From the NCBI RefSeq assembly GCF_000143415.4, contig NW_003314269.1, positions 931,246 through 995,245 on the forward strand: a DNA stretch of 64,000 nucleotides, in the 5' to 3' direction. A model generated the notes under the pieces. The model worked only from the letters and a program-made list of their open reading frames with translations, was not told the origin of the DNA and did not search any database. The DNA comes from Selaginella moellendorffii (Eukaryota; Plantae; Lycopodiophyta). The translations under genes and the position numbers were made by a program. The number at the start of each line of letters is the position of its first letter. The stretch's first letter is position 1. Shown here one piece after another: positions 1 through 13,263 of the stretch.

Positions 1-2057
1 TTTTAGAATCTAAAAATAATTTTAATCACTTATAAATATAAATAAAATTAAGAAATTTTAAAAGAAAAGGCCATTCACAAGGAGAAAAATGTGATAAGAG
101 TTTTGATAGAATTCTCATAATACTGTTCATAGTATTTTCTTTTTAATATAAGAAATTTTCATTTATTTGGGAATTTTAAATATTTTCATTAAGAAAATAT
201 CAAACTAAAAAATGTTGGCATTTAAGTCATCAGATCAGGTTAACAAATACGAGAAAAAAATAAAAGCACTTGGGTTAGATATGGATTTAAGGGCTACAAA
301 GAAATCAGCAGTTCAAGAGCTTTCTTATTTGGATGGTTTGATGACAAATTAATCAATCAAGTTGATGAGATTCATGAGATTTGAAACAACTTAAGAGGTT
401 GCCCATAGAGAAGGAAGTAGGTGAGAAGCTATCTACCACACATTATAGTGTTATTGCTAATGCTACAAAGAAATATAGAGCTTTGTCAAGCATTGAAGTG
501 TTGTGAGGACTTCTTTCTTTTAGCTCCACATTCTTTGCTTGAATTCTTTGCTCAAGGATCAATGAGGGTGTTGTCAACAGGCTTTATGGTATATAATCAA
601 TAGTTGAAAGATTTAGGACCATAGTGTTGGGTCAAAGCAAACACTTATTCATTATTGTACTAGCCTACTGTCAAGGTCATGGGTTTCTCTTTTGTTTTAG
701 ACTAAGTGTAATTAATTAGTGGGGGATTAATAATATATGACCTTTATGGCAGTTATCCATTGTGAGGGGTGAAAACCCTTGTATCAATTGTGAAAAAAAA
801 AATACAAAAGAGGGTTTAATGGAAAGCAAAAAGCAAGTGGTGGTATGATGAAGAGCAATGATGACACTGCCAAAGAGGTTGGTGCCAAGGAGGACAAACT
901 TTTGGATGGCTATGGTAACAAATAACATTAGAATGTGAAAAGGCTCAAGTCCCTAGGTAGCAATGGTTTTTATGTGCTTTAGTGTTTGTAAAGTTCCCCT
1001 CCACACTAAAATAAACCTTACAAAAGGAAGACTAATCAAAGGTTTCTCTATGGTATGAAATGACATAACAAAGTATCTTATGACTTGAAGTTGGATCCAC
1101 CTTTTCTTATCACTGTAATAAAAAGTGACATTGTTTTTATTGTACAGTAGCATCAAAACGATTAAATAAGAAGAAATAATTTTTATTATAGCTTGAAACT
1201 ATAGCATCAATTTTAAATGGTTGGAAGCTATATTGTTGGGAATAAAATTAAATAATAAATTTAATTTCTAAGAAATAGGCTATTGCACCAAAAGCAGCAT
1301 GGGATATCTTGTAAACTGCAATAGAGTGAGCACCATATATAAAGCTCCTCATTACTAGCTTTGCCATCTTTGTTGTCTCCTCTCAATCATGATGCTACTA
1401 GTGTTAGAGAAGGGGGCAGGATTGGTGGCCAGGAAGGAAATATTGGTGGTCTTGTAACTCTACCACCTCTTAACTTTGTAGCATGTTTACTCTTTGTAAG
1501 AGAAAAAAAAATGAAGCCTTTAGAAGAGAAGAAAACATGGGCATAAGCTGGAGTGCAAACCTAAAGGACAGAGAAAAGAAAAAGAGGTTAACTTGTGAAA
1601 AAGTAAAATCAAAAAGCTTTGCTAAGCCAAAGCCACTCTCTTGGGTGAATATTCTTGATTTTGCAATGCATGGGTTAGCCTGCCCATGGGGTGATTGAGC
1701 ATGCAGCCATGGGTGCTAAAGGCCCAACCATAGCAGCTTGCCACAGCACTTGAACCTCCACATCCACTAGAGCTTGCTCAACCCAGCCATGGCAAGGATG
1801 GTGCTCAAGGCTGTCTAGATCCATGGCCTTAGTAGTGCTAGGCCATAGGAACCATAGCACTAGAAGCCTGGGAAAGCTATTGTATACATGCTAAAGATAC
1901 ATTGCCTAGCAAACAAATACCTTAAAAAAACCATTGAAAATTTTACAAAGTGTTGCTTGTATGTCTTTTATAAAGTAATGAATTTAATATAAAGAAACTT
2001 AAATTTTGATAATGTTAGATATATTAATGATAAATAGTCTATGAAATACATACATAT

Positions 2058-2082
2058 AAATATATATATATATATATATATC

Positions 2083-2120
<38 letters not shown>

Positions 2121-2150
2121 CACAGAGACACAGAGAGAGATATATATATA
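2058..2150. repeat. Compound microsatellite (TA)n-(TG)n-(TA)n-(GA)n
   Basis: Dinucleotide runs are directly visible. Confidence 0.95.
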
Positions 2151-4170
2151 GATGATATTTTTGTGTTAAATTCATTTTTCTGTTCAATTTCATAATTATT
2201 TTCTGTGTAAAATTTTAAAATGTGCTAGTTGCTATCTACTATATCAAGGCCAGACAAAAAATTATATATTTTATTTTATTTCATGATTTAATAGTTCTTA
2301 AGAGAATTATATCTCATCTACATCAAAAAGTATATTGTGTTTTAATTTTATAATACTGATTGAGAGAACTAAATATCATCCACATTAAAAATGATATTAT
2401 ATTCAACTTTGAAGCATATACAAAAATAAAATAAAAAAATGCCTAATCACTCATGCCTTACCCTTTACTTAGTCACCATTGCGAGCTTGCTGACAAGTTC
2501 CTAAGAACTCCGGCTCTTTTGTTTAAATATATGAGTATTAGTAAAACCCCTAGTTCTGTAATACATTTATTACACTATAACATTATCTATATTGAAACTA
2601 TTATGTTTTAATGTTAGATTAATCTTGAAAGAACCATTTGCCATACATTAAAATCTATATTGTCTTCCAGTTTGTATTACAAATAATACAGCACAACAAT
2701 ATCTATATTGAACATTCTATTTTATTCTAATCCTTATTATATGTAATACAAACTAGAAACTAGAATAAAACTAGAATAAAATATATTTTTCAATATAGAT
2801 AACATATAATTCTTAAGCATTATTCTCACCACAATATTATCTATATTAAAAAATATTATATTTCATTTTTAGAATAATTATTGAGAGAATCATATATTAG
2901 TCACAGTACTAGAATGATTTTTAAAATCATATATTAAATATATTTATAACTAGTTTCATAGCTATGCTTTGAGAAAATCACACATATATGTAAACTACAT
3001 GTATTCACCTAGTTTTATTTTTTTCAAACTATATGGTTTTTGTGAGAGTATTCATGAGCATGCTGTGAGAGATTGCATTTGAGCCCTGAAGTAGTTGTGT
3101 AGCAGAAATTTGATATGAGATTATGGGAAGGAAGGTGGCCTCTTCCACTCTTCATCTTACAATGACAATTCGGCCTGGCGATGGCAGTGCTCTGGGTGTA
3201 CTTGCATCCTCACGCATTTAAGTGAGCTAGAGAAGCAGATCCAAATGTTGGAACTCCAATTCCTGACAATGGGAGCTGAGAACAGCAAGACCAAGAGTGT
3301 GCTCAATCTGAGAAGAAGACCACACAGCAGTAGCTCATGCCAGGCAAATTCAGCATAGTGGCTGAAACCACAACCAATTTAGAGATCATCCCAAATAAGT
3401 CTGTCAACCTAGAGCTATAGAGGATCAAGCAGTTGGGGGATCAGAAACTATCTCATCTGTGGTTACTATTGCAGCAAGGAGAAGAAGAAAGAGACATGGT
3501 TACTACAGTCTAATTTCATGAACTTGATGAGTTTGCATTGTATTGATATGCATCACTATAACATCAACATTAGTAGGAAGAGTAATTACTTCAACATCAC
3601 ATCTGAAGTTCCCAACATTGTCCCAACTACTAGCTCTTTGCCTCAGCCTTTTTATGGGTGGGAATGTGAGAACTCATATGATATGAGCCTTTGCTTGCTG
3701 CGTAGTAGCAATAGGTCTTCTGCTCCCGTTATTGACTATGCCATGGACAGTAGTTTGCAGTTATGCCAACAAATACTCTAATCCCATGCAAACCACCCTT
3801 CCAAAGAGCTGAGTCACTACTATATAACACAACCCACTCAAAATCCAAGTTAAAATCGAAGTTACAGCTTTGGTGGATGGTTTTATGCCCCATGGGATGG
3901 GTCTATTAAACCCACGAGATGGCCCATTCTCCCATGGGATGCATGGCATCATGCCCGGGATAAAGATTATCCCTAGTAGATTTTGGAAAAGCATTAAGAA
4001 TATTCTATTTGGAAGGCAGCGGTATGCGTCTTTTACTTACAAATTGCAGTCCATAAAACCATTGCGTGCAACAATGCCTAGCAAATTATTATAAACATGT
4101 TTCATATGGCAAGCTATTCTATGTGTGCCACTTGTAAGCTGGAAAATCTTCATTGTGCAACCTTTAATAC

Positions 4171-5445
4171 ATGATTTGGAAAATAGGTAAAGTAATGGGG
4201 AAACCTTTTATTGTTCTTGTTACTTGTAATTTGATGGTTGTATTGTGGGTGTCATGGAGTTTGATAAACGATGGAGATGTCATAAAACGCATGATAGCCT
4301 TTTCTAGCAGTCATCCAGTTATTCGATTACTCCCGCCCACGAGTTTCAAGGATCCACCGCTTCCCCAGGGCCATCCCTGCCTCAGATTCCAAAGTCCCTG
4401 TTGGTTTGGGAAGTGTCAGGTCTGCTACCTTCCAGTAGACCAAGCACTGAAAGCACTGCCCCCGAAAGGGATCTTCCCAGAACTTATTCTCTCGAAGCTT
4501 GCTTATCTCCACCGTGCAGACTCACGAAACTCCACACCATTTGGCGGAAGTTTCAGCCTTGAAGAGCGAGAGAGATCCTTCAAGATCCAAGAGTCGATGG
4601 AAGTTCCGTGTGGATTCACCAGGGCCGGAGTGGAGCCAGGGAGAGAGGGCTCCGGATTCGAGATCCAGGACGAGGCAGACATGGATTACCTCCGAGAATG
4701 CAGGGGAATCGTGGTGGCGTCCGCGATCTTTGGCAACTATGACGTGCTCAAGCCGCCCAAAAAGCTGAGCAGCACCAGCGCCAGGACGGTTTGATTCGCG
4801 ATGTTCGTCGACGTCGAGACGCTGGAATCTTTCCGGATCGAAGGAGCTCAAGCCGGGGCGTGGAGGACCATCCTCGTACGAAGCAACGCATATGAGGGAG
4901 ACAACCGATACAAGGGCAAGATTCCAAAGATGCTACTGCACAGGCTTGTCCCAAACGCGCGCTTCTCCATCTGGATCGACGCCAAGCTCCAGATGGTGGT
5001 GGATCCCATCCAGATCCTCGAGAGATTCCTGTGGAGGAGCAACGACACCATGGCCATCTCCAACCATTTCGAGCGCGCGGACGCGTTCCAGGAGGCCGAG
5101 GCCATCATCCGGGAGCGGAGGTACCACAGCAAGGCCAAGCTCGACGCCCAGATGGACTTCTACCGTACGCACGAGGGGCTCCTTCCGTATGATCGCGCCG
5201 CCAGGATGCCGCTGGTGAGCGACGTCCCCGAGAGCTGCGTGGTGCTGAGGGAGCACACGCCGCTCACCAATCTCTTCTCGTGCCTCTGGTTCAACGAGCT
5301 GGACAGGTTCACGCCGCGCGATCAGGTGAGCTTCGCGGTGGTGCGTGACAAGATCATCGCGCAAGTTCCGTGGCGGATCAACATGTTTGAGGATTGTGAG
5401 AGGCGGAACTTTGTGTGGACGATGCGGCACAAACGAGAGGACTGA
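4171..5445 (+). pseudogene. DUF616 / TOD1-MUCI70-like glycosyltransferase interrupted by an in-frame TGA; 5' end uncertain
   Basis: Motifs GHPC...CYLPV, PFGG, VPCGF, VVASAIFGNYD, KIPKMLLHRL, SIWIDAKL, DVPESCVVLREH and WFNELDRFTPRDQVSF. ORFs 4171-4794 and 4801-5445 are in the same frame, separated by TGA at 4792-4794 (TV*FAMFVD). No introns seen in the conserved part. Confidence 0.8.
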
Positions 5446-5600
5446 ATTCTTGTCACGAAATGGCAGCAGCGTTTTCGCTTTGAACGCTTTGATCGATTAA
5501 TTGGCTGCCATCTTTAAACCTCCATTAGGTGCTAAGTAGAAGTACTAACGTATATTTTCCTTTTATTTTGAGATTTAGGGTTCTAGCGGAGTAGCGAGCG

Positions 5601-7109
5601 ATGGCGGTGGAGAGCGACGATCCAGACGAGAACGCTGTCATTGACGCGCTGGGCAAGACTATGGCAGGGCTGGTCACGGTGGTAAGACAATGGTATTGTA
5701 TTGCTTCCAGGTTGTGATCGTTTTCTCTCTTTCTCCAGTCCCGCGCCAACGATGGGGTGGAATTCCTGGCAGAGCTGCTGGGAGTTTTAGCGCGAGGGCA
5801 TCTGTGCCAAGTGAGCTCCCTGGAGACGACCGAGTCCATAGTAGAAGATCTGGTCGAGTCTTTCTCGACAAGCTACTCGGATTTGAAGGAGAAACGCGGG
5901 GATCGGAGCTCCAGTGTGGAAGATCTCGGCGATCGGAGAAGCGGCGGCAGGATCTTTCGTGAGAGAGAGCGGGAAAGAGAAAGATCGAGCTCTCAGGTAA
6001 CAGCGAAGGACGGTGGCAAATGTCGGTGCTCGAAAGATTTCCAGCGATCAAGACGGGACTTCACAAGAGTTTCCCAGCAATCAGGGGCTCCAAGACCGGA
6101 GATCACGGATCCGGAGAAAGAGTCGATCGTGGAGGAGGATGGATTCGTGGAAGGGAAATCCCAAGAGCAGTACCATGAAGTGGAGGAAATGGAGTACTTC
6201 GTGGAGGAAGAGGAAGACTCCCGGGGAACGGAAGAGCTTGTGGCGTTTACCACTGGTAGCAGCGTCGCCATCTTTCAAGAGACGCTGATGGAGCAACGGC
6301 GAAGCAACTCTCTCAAGGAGATGGAGCTCGTCTGCGCGATGAGGGGCTTGAAGCTCAAGGAGCGAGAGCTGGACATGCAAGAAGCATCGATCGACATCGG
6401 CAAGGAGACGCTGGACGTGAACAAGAGCACACTCAAGTTCAACGTCTCCAAGGCTGGACGAGACGAAATGGCCGCCGCCTGTGCCGACTTTCGGAGCTCC
6501 ACGTCCGACTACTTCCTCGCGGGCTTGCTCATCATGTTCGCGTTCACGGCTTTCTGCGTGTGGAGAAACCTTCCAGAGTGGTTCTCGACGCTGAGAGACT
6601 CGTGTTCTGCGACTCCTGCTACTAAACAGGTTCGTGAGCTTTTGTTTTCCTCTCGTCTTTCGCTTGAACATTCGTTTTTCGTTTTCCAGGCATGGTATAA
6701 CTTCGTGGGATCTATCACGGGTAACACAAACTACTGGCTTTGCATCGCCAGAGGCAGCGCTGGAGCGATCCTTGGAGTGCTGCTGTGCCTGCTGCTGCTC
6801 TTCATCTGCAAGAAGACGCTCAGCTCCACGAAGCGCGCAATGCCGATGACCATCTTCATGGTTGGGGGCTCGTGTGTCGGCGTGGTCGGGAAAGAGATCG
6901 TCTACCTCTTGGGCGGACAGGGATGGAACTGGATGGTGGTGTGGCTGCTCTCGTGCCTCGTCCATGCTTGCACACACTTCTTCACCGAGTTCTTCATCAA
7001 GCTTCTCAGCAGGGGCAGAGTTGTGAAGATCCTCTTCCACTCTACTTTGGCGGTGGGATTGCCGCTCGGGGCTGGACTGGCAGGCTTTCCATCGGTGAGC
7101 TCATTTTGA
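5601..7109 (+). CDS. CPR5: CPR5-like nuclear-envelope/nucleoporin membrane protein
   Basis: ATG at 5601, introns at about 5682-5738 and 6630-6689. The segment FQETLMEQRRSNSLKEMEL...LKLKERELDM...FNVSKA followed by several C-terminal hydrophobic helices matches the CPR5 pattern. Confidence 0.75.
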
Positions 7110-7444
7110 GCGTGGCTTGCTTGGTTTGTTCGATAGCGAAGATGGACTTGACGAGTCCAGGAAGGAATTATTTTGATCCTATCCTCTGATTGTTTCTCTT
7201 TGTATTGTTTGTGTTATCAAGTTTGTAGTTTACACAAAACCAAAGAGTTTACAATAAAACCGATACGTAATTTGATTTGATCTTAAAACTACAAATAGAA
7301 AAGAAATAAAGTGAAGAATAAGTTATTAAACATAACAATAGTAGTAGTCTTTTGGTCTTTTTTCGTAGATATCCTAGTACCCTGCAAAATGTTGGCTTTT
7401 CAGTATAGAGAAGATGATGCTAGCTTTCGTGCCTTTCGTCCTTC

Positions 7445-10245
7445 TCACAATCCAAGCCACTTGAACACGAAGCCACCGTGCCTGGCGAAGAATGGAGCAA
7501 ACACCAGGGACTCCACGGCCATGAGCTTGATCAAGATGTTTAGCGATGGCCCCGAGGTATCCTTGAGGGGATCGCCAACGGTATCTCCAATCACAGCAGC
7601 CTTATGAGCATCGGAGCCCTTCGGGCCGAGTTGCTTTGCGTGCTCAGAAGCTCCAGCCTGGAACAAAACAAATACAAAGCTCAGGGCTAGTCTACGTACC
7701 ATACAAACAGCTATCTTACTTCAATGTACTTCTTCGCATTGTCCCATGCTCCACCGGTGTTGGAGGCCGAAATGGCGATCTGGTAACGTCCAAGCAGGTA
7801 AGACAAAGAGAAGGAAACTACCAAAGAAAAAGTTGCGTAGTACCTGTACTCCAGAGACTAGAGCTCCGGCGAGAAGGCCCGAGAGTGTCTGGGGTCCAAA
7901 GAACCATCCCACGACGAGGGGAGTGACCATCACGAGAGCACCGGGGGGAATCATCTCCTTGATCGATGCATCGGTTGAGATCTTGACGCACGACTTGTAG
8001 TCGGGCTTGGCGCGCCCCTCCATGAGGCCTGGGATGTTTCGGAACTGAGAGCGGACTTCCTCCACCATAGCCAGTGCTGCCTTTCCAACGCTCTTCATTG
8101 TCATCGCCGAGAACCAGTACGGGAGCATGGCACCGAACAGCAGTCCAACAAACTCCTTTGGAGAAATAACGTCCACAGCTACGATTCCAGCTCTGCTCAC
8201 GAAAGCACCGAAGAGAGCAAGCGAGACGAGTGCCGCGGAACCAATCGCAAATCCCTGGACAATGAAACAGCATCAGAAAGAGGAAAGCGAGAAATAAAAG
8301 AGGAGTTTTTCTTGTCGAACCTTGCCAATGGCAGCTGTGGTGTTTCCTGCAGCATCCAGAGCATCGGTTCTCTCACGAATGCTGTGAGGGAATCCTGCCA
8401 TTTCGGCAATGCCTCCAGCATTGTCACTGATCGGACCGTAGGCATCGATTGCGAGTCCAGTGGCAATCGTACTCAGCATTCCAAGGGCCGCAACAGCAAT
8501 ACCATACATAGCAGCGAGAGTGTAGCTGAGGAAGATAGCCAGCGCAATAGCGATAACGGGAATAATCACGGACTTGTAACCCAGAGCCAGGCCAAAAATA
8601 ATGTTCGTGGCAGCTCCAGTCTTGCAGGAATCGGCAACGTCTTGGACGGGTCTGAAATAAACTACATTCAGACAAGTACACAAGAATCAATCAGTTACCT
8701 GTATGCATTGCTAGTAAAATACTCCGTGACGAAACCAATAATGAGACCAGCCCACAGTCCAGAACCAACACAGAAGAATAGTTGCCTGCAACGTGAAAGA
8801 ACTTAGTCCAAGACACTGAAGAAAATCTCAAATACGTACCACCACTTGACAATCTTTGGTTCATGGCCAACGACGTTGATGGTGAACTTAGCCGGCAATG
8901 CAATGTAGCACACGACGAAAATAGCGACGGTCATCAGGACAGTCGATATAATAAGCTGCTTCTTGAGAGAGGGCTCGATGTCCTTCACACCCTTCACCTC
9001 GAAAATGTCAGTGGCAAACAACGTTGTAATGAGGCAGACAACGATGCCAAAGGAACTGATAAGTAGCGGAAAGCTCATGGCAACGAAGTCCCTGTCGAGT
9101 CCGAACGAAGAGATGGATGAAACGACAAGCGCCGCACAGGACGACTCCGCAAAAGATCCAAACAGGTCAGCTCCCATTCCCGCAATATCACCCACGTTAT
9201 CCCCAACATTGTCAGCAATCACCTGAAAACCAGACACGCGCAACAATCAATACAGTAGTCCGAGCACAAACCAAATGAGTCAAAACTTACGGCAGGATTT
9301 CGTGGATCGTCCTCTGGAATGTTCTGCTCCACCTTTCCTACCAGGTCCGCACCAACATCAGCGGCCTTGGTATAAATACCGCCACCAACACGACCGAAGA
9401 GGGCCACCGAGGAACCTCCAAGACCATACCCGGCAATGGCCTCGTACAGGCCCTCCCAGTCGGATCCATAGAAGAGCTTGAAGAGAATGATAGCAATGAA
9501 GAGGACGAGCAAACCATTAGCGGCGAGTAAGAAACCCATCACCGAACCCGACCGGAATGCCACGATGAAAGCCTTGTTGACGCCTTTCCTGGCCTCGAGG
9601 GTGGTCCTCGCGTTGGCATAGGTGGCGATCTTCATCCCCAGGTAGCCGGAGAGTGTGGAGGTGAGGGCGCCCAGGATGAAGGCAATGGTGCTGAAGCCAG
9701 CATTGGCGACCGCGGAGGCGCATAGCTGCGAGGGGTCACTCTTGCAAGGGAGCTTTTTGGTGCTGAATCCTTCCACCGAGCTCAAGAAGACGAAGATGAA
9801 CGCCGAGAAGATGACCACAAACACGCCAAGGTAGCCATACTCGGTGAACAAAAAGGATTCGGCGCCTACGAGAGAAAAAAAAGGGAAAATTAGTCACAAC
9901 AATAGATCCCAGGAAGATCACCACAGATCTGGGAGGCAAGACCAGATATTCTTGGAGATTACATCCCAAGAAGGCGAGCCAAGAACATTGCGACAACGAA
10001 TCCCACTCACCTTCCGAGATGGCCTGCTGAATCTCGGCACATTTGGCCTCGGCGCCCTCGTCCCCGTCCTCCTCGTGGCTGAGCAGCGAGTCGTTGTAGC
10101 CATTGTTGGAGCTGACGCGCGTAGCGGCGCCGACCGAAACCCTCGACACGATGTACCACTGGAAGAGCGCGAACAGGATGCCAATGAGCGCCGCCACCGG
10201 GATCAAGATCTCGACCTGGAAGGCGCTAAGAATCGTGGCCGCCAT
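7445..10245 (-). CDS. AVP1: Vacuolar H+-translocating pyrophosphatase (type I, AVP1-like), multi-exon
   Basis: Motifs [71 protein letters not shown] and [15 protein letters not shown]. Confidence 0.97.
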
Positions 10246-11358
10246 CGCCACGAGCTTGGGAGGAAGAACCCCTAATAGTCTCAATGTGGAATACCAAGGA
10301 AAGAAGAAGAGAACCCCAAGCTATGAAAAAAGGGGCGGGCTCCCGGGTTAATTAACTTTTTTATATTATTCTAACAAGGCTGTTTTTAATCGGGCACCGC
10401 TAAAGTAAAAATCTAATTATGGGAAAGATCTAGCGGCTCTAATTCTGCCACGGTTGCAGATTGCCAAAAGTAAAATTTCATATTTATCCACTCGTGTTCG
10501 AGCCCCGAAATTTTAGGAGTCCGACGTGGCGACTATTTGTCCATGGCAACGAGAGGTAGACACTGGCCCTCCGCCAATCCACGCATTCTAGCATCCTATT
10601 GGTGCGCGCGCTACCTAGTAGTGATATATTGGAACTTATTTTAGCGGCCCTGCCAAACTGATATAAATCCCGCCAAATTTTCTTTTGAGTGGGGGCGGGA
10701 AGGATATACCCTTGGCACGATTCGCTGGGTAGCTGGCACCAGCTTTAGATTATTCCCGTCATGGCCTCCATGTTCTTCTTTACCCTTCTTGAGGCTCACG
10801 GTTCGAATCCCAGGGTGCGTGAGTGGAGGTGTGAATTATTGGCCTTTATCCAACCTTTATCTAGGAAGCCGCAGGCGAGCGCCCCATTTGCCAAATTCAG
10901 CGGTGGGCTGGTCAATTCGCCACGTCACTGCGCCAGCCTGGCGGACACGTGGCGGAAGGTGAGCGGTTGGCTCCCGCTTGTTGGCGTTGGTGGTGGTGAA
11001 GATAGCGAGCGAGCGCGCGAGCTAGCGATGGCTCTTTATTTAATCGCGTGATCCCGACAATGTACCACGCAAGAAACGTTGAGACGTCTCGAGTTCGAGG
11101 AAGAACTCACATCACATCTCTTTTGGCCTGCCAGTTCTCCAAATTATTGATAAGCTCTCTCTCTCTCTCCACACACACTTGGCTTTCTCTCTCTTATTTT
11201 TTCTTGAGACTCCTTTCCCCTCGCTCGCTCTCACTCGAATCGATGTTTTAAATACTCTGCTCGTGGTTTTGTCACAGCGAATCCTGGCTGCTAAATGCTG
11301 CCCATGTCCCCATCATGTTGTTATTTACAGGCGCGTCCTCTCGCACAGCAGCGATTTA

Positions 11359-12274
11359 CTAGGCGGCTTGGCCGGCGAGCTTGCGGAGATGTTGGAAGGC
11401 GCGCAGTTTAATCCATTGCCGATCGTAAGGGATGTAGGCATTCACCTCGGTATCGTATCTGCATGGACAAGGAGAGATTGTCACGGTGGAACAATAAAAG
11501 AGAACACTTTTAAAGAAAGGAAATCGCAGGAACACAAGAAAGTTCTTTGGCTCGGGAGCGAGCCCAAACTCATGCAGCTAAAACGTAAACTTGAGCTATT
11601 GTCAAAGAGAGACCAGCTCGCGCAAGAGAAAATCAAATTAAGCAAAGCAAAGAAGTTCATGGAAGAAAGTCCTTTAGCTCAGTAGGAGCACAAACCCATG
11701 CAGCGAAAACTTAAACTTCATACCGATCGTTGAAAAGAAAGAGAGTCCACGCGAAAGTTGAAACCAAGGTTTCTTACGATCACATCTATTCTAAAGGATG
11801 ATCACGAGAAGAACTCAAAGCGCCACAAGATGAACGAAACTTACACGAGAGCGCTCATGTCCGGAAGCTCATCGATGAATCTATACAAATCCGCGACCTC
11901 GTACGTGATGTTTCGTATCGTGGGGTTCATGTCCTTGAGCTTCTTCTCGAACAAGCCGCAAATCCCTGCAACCAAAAGGAAGATTGGATAAAAAAAACAT
12001 TTTTTTTCTCGTCGCGAAAGAAAGAAGCTCACCATCCATGGCTTGCGTGACGCTCTCGTAATCCAGAAACGTCCGGCTCCCTCGCGCGGCGCTCGGCTGG
12101 TACAAGACGATCGTGTGCCTGCCACTTTGCTACAAACAAAGACAAACTTAAGAGACAATCACACAAATCGCTCTCGGCTAATCCACAGCGAGATTGATGA
12201 GCTCGCGCTGGGGTACGAATCGCGTCCCACAATCCAGCGCCCGGAGGAGCTACGCATTTCGATCGACGTACCAT
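11359..12274 (-). CDS. ERH: Enhancer of rudimentary homolog, copy 1 (4 exons; first exon contributes only the ATG)
   Basis: Spliced product M-QSGRHTIVLYQPSAARGSRTFLDYESVTQAMDGICGLFEKKLKDMNPTIRNITYEVADLYRFIDELPDMSALV-YDTEVNAYIPYDRQWIKLRAFQHLRKLAGQAA*; GT-AG introns. Confidence 0.92.
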
Positions 12275-12451
12275 TGCGTTGCGATCGCCAAGCGCGCGAT
12301 GGATCACCCTTGCCGCCCCACCTTCCCGAAAGAGACAAATCCCTAAATCCTATTCGCCTGGAAGGAGAGTATTTAAGCTAGACACCAAAGTTCTTGCTCT
12401 ATTCTTCTTTCTTCTAGATCATCATCAAAGAGGTCACGCGATTTTCTTCTT

Positions 12452-13030
12452 CTATCCACTGCGCGGGCCTTGCGACGCGTACTTCTTGAGATGCTGATAG
12501 ACGCGCAGCTTAATCCACGATCGATCGTAAGGAACGTAAGCCTGGAGGTCGGTGTCGAAGCTACACAGCACGAAGGAGCGATCGATCAATGAAAAAAGCA
12601 ATATTTTCGCGATTGATAGCCTACATTAGTGCCGAGAGATCGGGCAGCGCATCGATGAACTCGTAGAGCTCGCTCACATCGTACGTGAGGTTCCGGACCG
12701 TGGGATTGCTGTCCTTGAGCCTCTTCTCAAACAGCCCACAAATCCCTGCTCGAAAATTTCTCACAATCTCAATCGCTCAGCAAAGATTTCTTTGAGAGGA
12801 GAAAGATTTCTAGCGCATACCATCCATCGATTGATACACGCTGTCGAATTCCATGTACGTCCGACTACTCCTGTTTGGGTACGGCTGGAAGAGCACAATT
12901 GTGTGTCTACTGCTCCCCTAGAACCCCAATCCATGGATTAAACCCTCATTCTACAACCTTACAAAGAGATCTATAGGGGAATCTAGTTGCAAATCGACCA
13001 AACTAGCGGCAATGCGAATTCACTTACCAT
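12452..13030 (-). CDS. ERH: Enhancer of rudimentary homolog, copy 2 (not in the ORF track)
   Basis: Spliced product M-GSSRHTIVLFQPYPNRSSRTYMEFDSVYQSMDGICGLFEKRLKDSNPTVRNLTYDVSELYEFIDALPDLSALI-FDTDLQAYVPYDRSWIKLRVYQHLKKYASQGPRSG*; same intron positions as copy 1. Confidence 0.92.
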
Positions 13031-13181
13031 TGGATTGACAGACAAGGAACCAAGCGCCTGGTTGCCGTGGGCTTCGCCCAGGGAGATTTCGAGTAAGGGA
13101 ACCGAGGGTGTACATTCCGACACGGAACGCCATCATCCACCGTAGATAAGTGAAAATATCTATCGAGGTTTATAGCAATGG

Positions 13182-13248
13182 CAGCCGTTGGATCCAGCGC
13201 AATTCCAGCCGTTGGATAAAGCTTTGTTCCCATAGAGAATTAGGGTTT
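13182..13248. promoter_or_regulatory. Bidirectional ERH2/TGD5 promoter region with two MSA-like (TCCAACGGCT) motifs and a telo-box
   Basis: CAGCCGTTGGAT occurs twice and TAGGGTTT lies at about 13241, between divergent ATGs at 13030 and 13264. Confidence 0.5.
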
Positions 13249-13263
13249 ATTGTTGTTCTAGCC

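Noticed and set aside
10800-10811. GGTTCGAATCC B-box, possible tRNA or SINE
   Set aside because: The flanks do not form a T-stem or acceptor stem, and no A-box or cloverleaf is visible.
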